The position numbers were made by a program, and so were the translations under genes. 64,000 bases of DNA, taken from positions 126,544,001-126,608,000 of the forward strand of contig NC_086097.1 of assembly GCF_963921235.1 (NCBI RefSeq), read 5' to 3'. Of the stretch, positions 25,309-37,779 are shown piece by piece. A model generated the notes under the pieces. The model saw only the letters and a program-made list of their open reading frames with translations, ran no database searches and was not told the DNA's origin. Origin of the DNA: Mobula hypostoma (taxonomy: Eukaryota). Numbering within the stretch: the first letter of the stretch is position 1; each line of letters opens with the position of its first letter.

Positions 25309-26101
25309 GTGACCTTACGATAGTCAACAATATTCCCTTACTTCTTAGTAACTGAGTGGGAACTTAGATTGTTGGTTTTCCTGACAGCCTGTATTATGAT
25401 ATGGTCATGATACCTGTACAGAATGGTGCAATGTAGTAATTGGAAGCCTTGAATGGCTATTTATTGTTAATGCTACACAACCACGGATGGACTTCAAGCA
25501 CATTTAGAAACAGGGTCTTAGTTTGAGGATCAATGGAGAGAGACTGGGTACTGAAAGAGGTATATAATACACAATTATATACAAGGAGGTATATAGTAAC
25601 TTTTGATAAAAATGTTACCACAGTAAAATGGATTCTGCCAAAATATTGTTCTCATCTAAAACTGGCAGTATTACACTGGATTTGTGGGGGGGGGGGGTGG
25701 AGTGTGGTGATGTGTCTGTTACTAGAGACAGGTGGCTGAAATGAAGTTGCATCATACTGACTGATGGATTTGATTGCTTCCCTTTAGCTGTAATCAGAGA
25801 CCAATCTTCTAGGTTTCGGAATCCTCGATCACCACTGAACAATGCCACTCAAAAATTTAACATGATTAAAAGAAACATGTACTTGGAGCAGTGATGAGCA
25901 TTATATCATTTGGCAGTGAACTTAAATTCATGCATATATTGCTTCCATTGATGTAATTGTAAATTACATTAATTGCACCAGTGAGTTAATGCAAATGTGA
26001 GTTGATGCAAAATTGGCAAACTGTGTAGGATAACGAGAAGTTAATATTGAGTCATTGATGCATTTCATGTTTCTGAACAATGCTGTTCCTTTTTTCCATA
26101 G

Positions 26102-26215
26102 GATAGGAAAAGATTAGTTAAAGAAGCCCAGCGAGAAAAACGAAAAAACAAAGTGCCTAAACATGTCAAAAAAAGAAAAGAAAAGGTTGCTAAAATGAAG
26201 AAAGGGAGAGCTTAG
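26102..26215 (+). CDS. RIOK1: RIO kinase 1 last coding exon, basic C-terminal tail and stop
   Basis: ccatag|[43 protein letters not shown] at 26213-26215; typical RIOK1 lysine-rich tail. Confidence 0.95.
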   Translation, partial: DRKRLVKEAQREKRKNKVPKHVKKRKEKVAKMKKGRA

Positions 26216-26506
26216 ATGTTTGAATGACTGTTTTACATCAACTGGCGTATGTTGATTGATGGTCGTCACAAGTTTACAGAATGAAGAGTTCCATTTTCTA
26301 ACTTGGTTCATCTGTCCTGTGAGATCTGAAACTCCATGTTCCAGTGCCTATTATTTCTCAGATAACTTCTGTTTCTTCTTTCAAGTCCTAGTCTCTCTCT
26401 ATCACCTCAGTCCTTGTGTAAATAGAGATGTGTTCTGTTATTATCCAAAAGTTATCTTTACTAATTATGAATGCTGCTGCATAAATTATTTTCCCAGTGT
26501 AAAAAT

Positions 26507-26512
26507 AATAAA
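26507..26512 (+). promoter_or_regulatory. Candidate RIOK1 polyadenylation signal
   Basis: AATAAA ~290 nt after the stop; ATTAAA variants at 26531 and 26583; actual usage unknown. Confidence 0.45.
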
Positions 26513-27164
26513 TCTTAACATGAATGAAAGATTAAATATTATTCAAGACTTTAGTGAATATGCACCACATCCTGTCTTGTAAATTAAAGGAATTCGAATT
26601 TTGTAAATGTTAATGAAGCCATCAGTAAGAAATTAGTAAGAAACCTGTGATGTTAATGTTTTAGAAACATATTCAAATATAGAATAGCTTAAAGAAAAAC
26701 AAAACTGAATTTAGGAAACAGATTAGGTGCATTATTGTAGAAGCTGAAGTTGGGTCCGCAATACAGCTATTAATCTAATCAGTTCATCAGGATTTGGCAG
26801 ATTCAAATTGTCAGAATTTTCTAAACCACAGCACAAATTCAACACCATGTTTCAGAGAGCTTAGGTCAGAATTGTAATTGTCTTACATTATGATATTGCA
26901 ACAGAGTTGAGAGTTATTAGCCAATATTACATTTGCTTTAGAATAATCTAATTCTAATATGAAGTTACCAAAGTAAGTCTTTCCTAACCACTGGCATCAC
27001 CTTACCTTAGTGAGAGTGTTAAAATATTGGGAACATACTGCAGAGTGTGTGTTCAATCATGTATAGATCTTCAACGTTTCTGGAGAATCTTGTATAGTCC
27101 ATAAGACATAGGAGCAGAATTAGGCCATTCAGCCCATCAACTCTGCTTCATAAATGCACAGAAG

Positions 27165-27760
27165 AGATTCTATTATAGACTTCAGGGAGAGTAAGCCAGG
27201 AGGATATATACCTGACCTGATTGAAGGATTAGCAGTGGGAAAGGTGAGCAGCTTAAGATGCCTTGGTTTCAACATCATGGGCCAAACACAATGATGCAAT
27301 CACAAAGAAGGGATTCCAGCCTTTATTTGGACTCCTGCAAATGTCTACAGTGGAAGGCGTTCTGACTGACACTTCCCTACCAGGTGATGATGCAGCCAAT
27401 GCACAGGATCAAAAGAGGCTGCAGAGTCTGCTCACTCCATCACAGGCACAAGCATCCTCACCATCAAGGACATCTTCAAAAGCTGGTGCTCAAGAAGATA
27501 GCATCCATCATTAAGGACGGTTACAAAATGAGGCACACCCTCTTCTCAATATTCCCATTGGGGAGGAAATAAGGAGTCTACAGAGACACTCAACATTTTA
27601 GGAACAGCTCCTCTGCCATCAGATTTGATTAGTCCATAAACACCATCGTTATTCCTCATTTGCACTACATTTATCTCTATAACTTGTAGTAGTTTTTATC
27701 TTTCACTGTACTGCTGGAAGTCAAATTTTACAACATGTCAGTAATAATAAACTTGATTCT
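27165..27760 (+). mobile_element. Degenerate Rex1/Babar LINE 3' end
   Basis: Similar to the other Rex1 3' fragments (AQDQKRLQ, IASIIKD), ending in AATAAACTTGATTC. Confidence 0.65.
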
Positions 27761-30700
27761 ACAGGTTGAATAGGTTCTTTTACTTTTTATATGCGGTATA
27801 TAGAGAAATTATTTGTCACTGAAAATGCATTTCAATCTTTATTTCAACAGTAAACCATACTTGTGTAAAGTAACTATAATCATTCTGTTTAAATATGAGA
27901 TTATTTTCAACTCTTACTCATCATTTAAATTTCTGGCTGAAGTATCAAATAAGAAGATGAGGGACAATGATGTAATCTAGTCTTCAGTATAAACTTTTTT
28001 TTACTGGTTTTTACTGATAATCTTTTAAACTTGTAGTTAAATTAGTTTGATGACTCACTCTACCTCCTGTGTTTTCTAACTCTGTGAAGGCAACCGGTAT
28101 TGGTTTCTTTTGTAATGGTGGTTGCTATGGCAACTATGTAGAACAATATTACCATAAAGTTAGTTCCAGGCATTAGTTTTTCAGAATATATTTGATCTGC
28201 ATACATCAAAAATAGTTGTTCAAGCCTTGATGAGGTTTAAACCATTATAAGTAAGGCTGATTCATCATGCATAGCAATTACAATAGAGAAGCAGAATTAT
28301 GAGTTCCTTTTGCAAAATGACCCAAAGTACCTTTTAGACTTGTTTTATGTCTCGCTCTGGCCTCTTATATTGTACGTAGAAACATTCTATATGTCTACCC
28401 TATCAAATCATTTCCGGTCACCCTACAGACTTTTTGAGAGAGAAGAGCCTAAATCATTTCATTTGTATAACTTTTAAATTTTAGCAATGTCATAGTGAAT
28501 CTTCTTTGCACATTCTCCAAAAGCTCTATATTACCATGTCATAAGACCATAAGACAAAGGAGCAGAAGTAGGCCATTCGGCCCATCGAGTCTGCTCCGCC
28601 ATTTTATCATGAGCTGATCCATTTTATCCTATTTAGTCCCACTGTCCCGCCTTCTCACCATACCTTTGATGCCCTGGCTACTCAGATACCTATCAATCTC
28701 TGCCTTAATGACACCCAATGACTGCCACGTACATGATCTCGAAGACTCCAGTCTATAAGGGTGAAATATATCAAACTGCAACCCTTCATTTCAGGACAAG
28801 GCTCCACTACCACACTGAATGCAGAAGAACATATTTAACTTTAACCTACCTTTGGCACGTCATTACCATTGCCCAGTACTTCACCAGCGAACAGTTGATA
28901 TGGCTACATAAATACTATGGCTATATGACCGAAACTGGATATCCTGCAGCAGTCAACTTAACTCATGGCAGCCGGAAAATTTTTCACCATCTACAGGACA
29001 CAAGTCAGGACTGTAATGGAATACTGTCCTTTTGCCTGGATTGTGTGTAGCTTTGGCAATGAAAGCAAAGTTTAAGCAGCATATAGACAATGCCAAAGGT
29101 ACTGTCTTCGGGGCATCGGGGTGCGGTTTTAAAATGTGGTCACATTTACCCTCAGGAGTACAAAATGCAGAATACAAAATAATTTTTGAATATTGATAGG
29201 GAGTACCATGGGCAGGCAGATGTGTGGTTTAAATTGGCATCCTAGTCAGCACAAATGTGATGTCAGCACAAGTGCGATGTAAATAGGCTTTTACTCCAAG
29301 AATGATTGAACCAAAATTCTATATGGATTTAATACAACTTTTACACTACGAAGGACCTCTGTTTGTTTTTGATGGATTAACCCATTTCATTCTTTTCAGT
29401 AACTTGACGACCCTCCCTCTCCTCTCTTTAATTTCCCATTCAGACGCTAAATTCCCCAAATTTCCTCAATGAAAATGCAGCATGGTGCCACTATCACTTT
29501 ATCAAATTTGGTTCAAATAAATTTGATCTTTCCCCAAAATCAAAGTATTCTGTTATTTACATTTTAATTCTTTGGACAAGCTGTCATATATTTAAGATAG
29601 TCTGTGGGCTCCTCTCTCTACAACACTACGGCTGTGAGACTGCCCCCGGCTACTGTGCTTTGTGTTTGCGAACTTTGCGGCAACTTGCCTCGACAATGAT
29701 CTGAATACTGAGGTTTTGGACCTACTCCCGAGCTGCTCCGGGCGTTTGGACCCGAGGACTCAGTTTGGTTTGGAATGCTGTTGTTGTTGCTCGCATGATT
29801 TGTTTTGGCTTTTCTCTTTCTCTGTGGGCATAGGGTGTTGGGTGTTGGTCTTTTTTTTAAATTGGGGTCTTTTGGGTTTCTTGCTTTGCAATTGCCTGTT
29901 AATCAAACAGATTTCAAGGTTTTATAATTTAAACATTCGTTGTTAATAAATGTTCATTGAATATTTTGTATATTAACGTAAAACAATGCTGAACTTGATG
30001 TCATTAATGCCTTCAGCATGTTTTCCAAATGCTTTTTAGATAATTCATGTCTTGTGATGTCTATTGCCCATGTAGGGAACTTGAGCAGCCAATTTACACA
30101 CAATGAATTCTTACAAATAAATGAGGTAACTGATCAAAAAACAATTCTTCAAAAGATATTGGTTGTAAGACAAATATTGGTTAAAGATCTAGGGAGGCTC
30201 CATCTCTCTTTGTTCTGATAATTGCACAAAGTTTTTATGCCCTCCTTTCAGGGTAAATTGGACCATATTTTAACACCTCATTCAAAGAAAGTATCCTTCA
30301 CATTCAATCTAATCCAAAATAATGCAGTAGGTGTGCCTTGATTGTGTACTGAGACCCTCAAAGTGGCACAGAACCAAAAGTTTTCTAATACAGGAGTAAT
30401 AATTCCAACAAAACCATGGCAGTCCTTTCATGGGGGAGGGGGTTGGGCTTAGGCAATCACTTGTAAGATCAGGGATGACTTCCTACCTTTCAGGTTTGTT
30501 GCCTTTTAAGTTTGCAGCTAGAGGAAATCGTTGAGGTAGGTACAATTACAAACTACAAAAGACATTTGGACAGGTACATGGATAGGAAAGGTTTAGCGAG
30601 AGATGGGCAAAATGCAGGCAAGCAGACTAATTCAAGTTGGCACCTTGGTCGCATGGATGCATTGGACCAAAGGGCCTTTTACTGTGCTGGATAATTATTT

Positions 30701-32234
30701 TATGACCACTTCACCATGCACCTATGCTCCATCCACCGTGCCAGCCAAGATTTCCTGATGGCCAGCCATTTTCATTCTATTTCCCATTTCCATATCAACA
30801 TGTTTATCCACAAAGTTCTCCACTGTCAGGTCAAGGCTACACAATTTAGAGGAACTGCACCTCATATTGTGTCTGGTGGCATGAACATCAAATTCTGCAA
30901 CTTCTAGTAACCACTCTCCCTCCTTCCAACCTCTCTTCTCCTTCTGATCCAACTAACCCCATTTACCCCATCTCTTTCCCTTCCTGCATCCTCTCCACTG
31001 CCCATCACCCACACACTCCCTCCCCTAATTGTCACCCCAACAACTCAGTCCTTTTATTCTGTTCCACCCTCCCCTCCTCACAGCTTCCATCATCATAACT
31101 TCCAGGTTCTGACATCATTTCCACTTTCCCCCCACCCTCAACTGCTTATCCATCCCCTCTCCTCTTTCAGTGCAGATAAAGGGTCTCAACTGGAAACTCT
31201 GAATGTCCATTTCTCTCTAGAGATGCAGCCTGACCCGATGAGTTCCTCCAGTAGTTTGTAAGTGACTCTATTTTACATACGTGTTGGGAAAGCGGTAAGT
31301 GGAAGGTGATTCTCTGGTCGTCAGTTGTCCAGCTGCAACAGGAATAAAATGGTAAAATATGTTGGACCTGAAGAAAAAAAGGGAAATAAGGAGTTAATAT
31401 GTTATGGAAACTAGGTTTAATTCCTTACTGAATCATGGAACAGTGCAGGTACCTGGGACCCCAGTATGATTCTGGTGACACCACTCTCAAGGACGAACCT
31501 GGAATCTGAAATTAAGAAAATGCTTAGTGACACTGAAAATCTCGTACTTTTACTATCCTGCTTAAACCGTGAGGGCACACCCTTGCAAGTAATACTTTGA
31601 ACAAAACTAGTTTGCCTCTTACATAATGCTGTTCATCTACCTTTCTTTTGTCAGATTCTAACAGAACTGTGCCTAGAGGATAAGCAACAAACTTGCCCAG
31701 TGTTTTAACGGAACAGCCTGGAAATAGCACACCTTTTAATTTTCCTTCCTTGTTCCAGGAGATATCAGATCTTTTCTCAGCCCCTCCCTGTGCAGGTGTG
31801 GTTTGGGCCAGGAACTCCGCCAAGAATTGTAATAAAACCTGCATGCCTCAAGGTTAGATGCTTGTGTATTCATGTTCACATGAATACACAAGCATACACT
31901 CAATACACAATTGATGCATTCTGAGGGCGAGGGGAAAAAAGAGTTGCGGCAATCTCTCCTAGTGAGATTATGTTTAAACAAACCAGGCTTTAGCATTCCT
32001 ACTAGATATTGTGCTGCATTATCTGTATGCTATGTAGTGATACAGACCAGCCAAGCCTTAGTTTTAATAGGTCTTGTGCTGAGTTAGTTGAATGTTACTG
32101 GATACTTCCCAGTAAACTAGATTTAAGATTTTCTCTGGGGTTCACACTTTTGTAGATTATTCATTGAAATTGGATATACTGTGAGAACTCTAACATCTCA
32201 CTTAAACTCCCCCTAGTGTATCTGATTATGCTAT

Positions 32235-32790
32235 GGGGTGTCAGGGAGGGGTAGCACCTCAGTTGGGGGGGGCATGTCGCATCCTTTTCAAGGCGGTTAG
32301 CCCACCTTTGGTCCCCACCTGGCACTCAGCTCTCACCTGTGGCTCCCCGTAGCTGTTTCCATGCGACAGCGGCCATGCCCCGGGCAACGGCTTCGACAAG
32401 CCGGCTAAACCAGGTGAGGGTAGCTGACGGGTCTCAAACCCTCGGTGAGATAGGGAGTTGTCTATCCCAGCATGTGAAGACAGTCTCCGGCGGATTGAGC
32501 GGACGAGACCAATGGTAGGTCCAACGGTCAAGAAGGCGGTCTCTGCAAGCGTCGTGGAACATGTAGAGCAGGATATGACACAGAAGATGTCCTGGTCATC
32601 CACTTCGCCTAGTTCCATCTCCAGCCGTCTTGACTCTGTCTTGCCACTGGATCCAGATGGGAATTGGGAAGAGAGAGTGAGGCTGACGCTGCGCAACTCT
32701 CCCTCACTTAAATCCAAATCAAGCGCTAGTCTCAACACCATCATAATGGTGTCGAGGTCCTCATTGACATCGACGATGGACGAACACCAG
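32235..32790 (+). mobile_element. Non-autonomous non-LTR retroelement (Vingi/Ingi- or RTE-derived, bipartite) headed by an HDV-like ribozyme
   Basis: GC-rich ~550-bp island in AT-rich DNA, no Pol III boxes, ribozyme fold at 5' end; resembles from memory marsupial WALLSI4-type elements; TSD not identified. Confidence 0.55.
32269..32420 (+). ncRNA. HDV-like self-cleaving ribozyme (predicted)
   Basis: P1 GGGGCAT/ATGCCCC, P2 CTCACCTG/CAGGTGAG, P3 GGC/GCC, L3 starting TCCCC, P1.1 CC/GG, GCAA then P4 CGGCTT/AAGCCG, J4/2 GCTAAA with candidate catalytic C32405, all in HDV order. Confidence 0.78.
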
Positions 32791-33029
32791 AATACGCAGG
32801 CCCACATTAAAGTCAAGCTTATATCATATGCACAAGTACATGTATGCACAGATGTAATGAAAAACTTACTTGTAGCAGCATCAGAGGTATATAGCATTTT
32901 ATAAGCAGCATTCATGCACAATTTTTACAAGAAAACACAAATTAGAGCAAAAAAAACAAGTCCATTCTAATGTAAAAATGATTGAAGTAGTGATAGTGTT
33001 GCTAAACTGTAGTGATTAGGGTTCCTTGC

Positions 33030-33730
33030 CTCAATTCGGGGCCCCAAACAGTCCTTCAAGGTGAGGCAACACTTCACCTGTAAATCTGAAGTGGTCGTCT
33101 ATTGTGTCCATTGCTCCCAATACAGCCTCTTCAACACTAGTGAGACCCGCCATAAATTGGGAAACTGCTTTGTAGAGCACCAATGCGCCATCCGCCCAAA
33201 GTGGAACTTCCCGGTGGCCAAACATTTTAATTCTGATTCCCATTCCTGTTCCAACATGTCAGTCCATGGCCTCCTCTGGTGCCACGATGAGGCCACCCGC
33301 AGGCTGAAGGAGGAACAGCTTGTATCGATTTCCCTTCTTGTAGAAAAAAAATTCCCTCCCTCCCCCTCCCCCTCCCCTCTTCTTCTTTTCCCCACACTGG
33401 CCTCTTACCTCTTCTCACCTGCCTATCACCTCCCCATGGTCCCTCCTCCTTCATTTTCTCCAATGGCCACTCTCCTCTCTTATCTCTCCAGCCTTTTATC
33501 CTTCCTACCCACCTGGCTTTAGCTTTCATCTTCTAGCTATCCTCCTTCACCTCCTCTCTCCTCTTTATTCTGGTGTCTTCACTCTTCCTTTCCAGTCCTG
33601 AAGAAGGGTCTCAGCCTGAAATGCCAACTGTTTATTCATTTCCATAGATGCTGCCTGACCTGACGAGTTCCTCCAGCATTTTGTGCATTGCTTTGGATTT
33701 CCCGCATCTACAGAATGTCTCGTGTTTGTG
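33030..33730 (+). mobile_element. Penelope-like element 3' part (GIY-YIG + pLTR) inserted in a Rex1 3' end (32810-34375)
   Basis: QHFTCKSEVVVYCVHCSQ...ETRHKLGNCFVEH...PVAKHFNS GIY-YIG; pLTR with CTGAAGA...GAAA at 33598-33621. Confidence 0.8.
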
Positions 33731-35196
33731 ATTGGGGTTGTATCAGATGGTTCAGGAACCAAATGGTTGTGGAATTAGCTGTCCTGATGTGGGACTCAAG
33801 TTTCTGTACCTATTGTCTGATGGTAACTGTGAGAAGATGACGTGGCCTGGATGGTGGGGATGGTGGCGATGGATGATCCCATCTTGAAGCAGTGCCTGCT
33901 GTAAGTACTTCTGATGGTGAAGAGAGATCTGTCATTGATGTATTGGGCTGCGACCACCATGCTCTTTCGCTTGTTGCCTTCCTGCAAACTGAATTGCTGT
34001 ACCAGTCAAGACACATTCAACAGTGCATCTGTAGGAGGCTGTTAAGAGTGTTTGCTGGCATGCCAAACTACTTCAGCCTTTTAAGAAAGTAAAGATCTTA
34101 ATGTGCCGGGCCCAGAACGAGTCTACCCAGGAATTTAAAACTGCTGACCCTCTCCACCACTGATCCACCAAAGTAGACTGGTACATTTTCACCATTCTTC
34201 CCCTTCTTAAAGTCAACGATCAGTTCTTTAGCTTTATTGACGGTGACCAAGAGGCTGTTATTGTGGCACCAGACAACCAGGTGTACTAGCTAACACCTGC
34301 ATGCTGACTCATCACCACCTGGTGATTCATTCAAAAAGCATAGTATCATCAGTGGACTTGTGTATGGCATCATAGCAGAGATTTTAACAACTAAACCAAC
34401 TGGTTTTTTTAAGAAAGCAAGGTTTGGGTAATCAATAAACCTGTTCAGAGTTGTGACCTATTCTTAAACCTTTATCTAGCCTCGTTGCCATGGTAATGGA
34501 CATACTTGGAATGTGTCAGCTCTCCCAGACACTGCAGAGCACTCAGCTGTCAAACACATGAGATAAGAATCTCACCAGATAAGTGTTAAAACCAAGGAAT
34601 CAATTTTCAGAAGCAAACATTGAAAACATCCAATATTTATTAAGATGTACCAATAGTGTATGTTTAACACAAGTGAATAAAGTACCACATGGTGAAAACT
34701 AAACTGTTTTAAATAGAAAGCAATATTTGTGTTGAATTAACAACTTTCTCTGATTAGAAATTTTAATTCTAATTTGCTGATAGGAATTGTCTTTTTCAAG
34801 TTAAAAGGAACCTTTAAATGCTCTATAAGAATTCCAGAGATAAGTGAGGCAGTGGGATTAACTAATTCCTAATGGAGAAATGTCTGTCCCGTGCAATATA
34901 TTTTGACTAACACTGAACAGACATGGCCGAGTATAACTGGTCTTCTGAAATAAAAGGAAGAAGTATGGTCTAAAATCATATTAAGATCATATAAGGTTTT
35001 ATCATCAAGTATCTGTCCAGTTCCCTTTTAATTTGTGACTTCAGCTCCCATGGCCTTTACAGAAGAAGCAACAACTGTCTGTTGATAGATAACTCATCCC
35101 AAGTGTTGCCTGATCATACGTATATCCCTGGTAACACCCCAATAAACCTCTTCTTTAAGGCCTTCATGACTTTCCTGAAATCTGGTGCTTTCAAAG

Positions 35197-36060
35197 TTCA
35201 AAGTAAATTTATTATCAAAGTACATATAACCCTGAGAATCCTTTTCCTGTGGACAATCACAGTAAATACAAGAAATGCAATGGAATCAATGAAAGACCAC
35301 ACCCAACAAGACAGACAATAACCAACAAGCAAACAAAAACGGCAAACTATGCAAATACAAAAATAAAGAGAGGAAAAAAAAGAAATAATAATAATAATTA
35401 GTAAATAAGCAATAAATATCGAGAACATCACATGGAGAGTTATTTAAGGTAGGTCCATAGGTTGTGGGAACAATTCAGTGATGGGGCAAGTGAAGCTGAA
35501 TGAAGTTATACACTTGGTTGAGGGGTAATAACTGGTCCTGAACATGGTGTTGTGGGTCCTGAGGCTCCTGTACTTCCTGATGGCATCAGTGTGAAGAAAG
35601 CATGGCCTCAGTGTTTGGTGTGCTTGATGATGGAAGCTGTTTTCCTGTAACAGCAGTCCAGATCGATAGATGTGCTCCATGGAGGGGGAGGGCTTTATCT
35701 GTGATAGGCTGTATCCACTACTTTTTATTGGCTTTTCCAATCAAGGGCTTTGGTGTTTCCATACCAGGCTGTGAAGCAACCAGTCAATATACTTTCCACC
35801 ACACATCTATATAAGTTTGTCAAAGTTTTAGATGACATGCCGAACCTTCACGAACTTCTAAGGTAGAGGCACTGCTGTGCTTTCTTTGTAAAGGCATTTA
35901 CTTGCCGGACCCAGGACAGGTCCTCTGAAATGATAACACCACGGAATTTAAAGTTGCTGACCCTCTCCACCTCTGATTCCCCGGCGAGAGCTGGCTCTTG
36001 GACGCCTGGTTTCCTCCTCCTGAAGTCAATAATCAGCTCTTTTGTCTTTCTGGCATCACT
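35197..36060 (-). mobile_element. Rex1/Babar LINE 3' end
   Basis: KTKELIIDFRRRKPG...VERVSNFKFRGVIISEDLSW...KKAQQCLYLR; its tail motif TTTATTATCAAAG also starts dispersed repeats at ~7035, 20360, 23795, 61455 and, reversed, ~9010 and 29960. Confidence 0.8.
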
Positions 36061-36739
36061 TAGCCAGATTTTCATTCTTGCCTTGCCCCTCATCACCTTC
36101 CACTGTATCACAGATCTCCAACTTTGATATCCTCTCCTTCGTCCTACATCCCAACCCTCTTTCACTTCACAGGCAATCTTGAAATGTCCACAGATTAATG
36201 GACACAGAAATATTTAAACAGTAAGTACTTTTAGTTTACAGGGAAATCTTGCGTATCGATTGGTGTACTGAAGAAGCATTGGCCATGTCGTGTTTACATG
36301 ATGACATTAAAAATAAGAGTCCAGAAGTTTGAAATGGAGAATAAAGACAGGAAATGACAGAAGCACCCAATAGGTCAGGCAGCATCTGTGGAGAAAGAGG
36401 CAGCATTGTTTCAGGTTGAAGACACTTTGACAGAGATGGAAAAATGTGATTTAAAGCAAGTACAGAAGCAGTGAAAGTGGGTTAGGGACGTAGGAACAAG
36501 GAGAGGAAATCTATCAGGAAGATCTGTGACACTGCCGAAGGTGATGATGGGCAAGGTAAATGGGAGAGTGATTGGATGGATAAACAAAATATTTAATAGT
36601 CATGGAGGGAAGGCCTGCAGAGGACAATGGCGCCTCACCTCAAACACTATCACTCATTTGCATCAATACTCCACAGCTGGAGACCATTCAGCCCGTCAGG
36701 TCTGCACTAACTCCTTGCAGTGCCATCTCTCCAGTTCAA

Positions 36740-37050
36740 CTGGTACTGTGGCACAGCTTGTGGACCGGCTGCTTTGTAGCACAAGCAAGCTGGTTCAATC
36801 CACCTCCACGAGTCAGTGTGGACTTCGTGCATTCTGCCACATTCCCCCTGTGACCCCATGAGTTTTCCCTGGGTGCTCCAGCTTTTTCCCACATCCCAAA
36901 TGCAGATGGGGGCGGCACGTGAATTGGCTGCTGCAAATTGCCCCAGTGATCAAGTGATGGGGGATGTAAAGAGAATGCAGGGAAAATTAATGAGAGAATG
37001 GGACTGCTTGTGAGCTGGCATAGACTTGATGGGCTGAATGACCTCCAAAA
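36740..37050 (+). mobile_element. Degenerate tRNA-derived SINE (V-SINE/HE1-like)
   Basis: Decayed tRNA-like head and the TTTTCCCTGGGTGCTCCAGCTTTTTCCCACATCCCAAA core; related minus-strand copy at ~45570-45845. Confidence 0.55.
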
Positions 37051-37357
37051 GAAATTTGGAATATGAAATTTCCTTTCTTCTTATTCCTCTGTCACTCTTA
37101 ATAATATCTTTTTTTTTTGTCACAGGTCCATCAAATTTTCCTTCTGATTCTTTAGCCACTTCCTGACATTAAGGGGTAAATTACTATGATGTATTCATGT
37201 ATATTTTCACCCTTATGGGTTGCTATCAAGCTTCCCATTGTGTTACATACTGAATGTAATGTGAGAGGGCATTCTGGGAGATGGGCCTCACAGGCTGAGC
37301 CAGCATTTAATTGCCCATTCCCAACCACCCTTGAGAAAATGGTGGTGAGCTGCCTCC

Positions 37358-37779
37358 CGTCACCAGGTGTGAACGAGGCCCAAGTGCGGAGTGAGAGACA
37401 CTGAAGCAGGTTGATAGTTCACAGACTTTAATGCGAACAGTGATAAAAGGAAAAGAAAACAATAAACACCAGGCCCGACAGAGCTGTTAACTAAAACCCT
37501 CAAATGGAAGACAAAGCCTACACTGTGGCTGAAAAGAACAACTAAGAATAAAACAAATACTACTAGTCTTCAGAGTCAGTTGACTCGACAGTCCAATTTC
37601 TCTGGCAAGGCGGAATGCAAGCAGACAGCGAAGCGTTGCTGTGTCCAAGTCTCAACAGATACTAAGACGGAATGAATGGAGTTAAATGCTATCATAATGA
37701 AATAATAATTAGCTGACATGTGCATATTCACCGGTGCAATTGCCGAATCTGCTGCGCTGCCGAATCTGTGTTTGTGACA
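37358..37779. mobile_element. Solo LTR nested in a LINE-tail fragment inside the Gypsy element
   Basis: CGTCA...TGACA inverted termini; near-perfect 5-bp TSD CCTCC/CCTTC; the host fragment is continuous across it. Confidence 0.6.

Noticed and set aside
28718..29050. 110-aa ORF downstream of RIOK1
   Set aside because: DNA resembles a decayed CR1/L2-type RT 3' region (CACCATCTACAGGACACAAGTCAGG), similar to 4260-4470; not a host exon
32259..32921. 220-aa and 148-aa overlapping ORFs
   Set aside because: They span a GC-rich non-coding retroelement and a Rex1 tail; no protein motif or splice support
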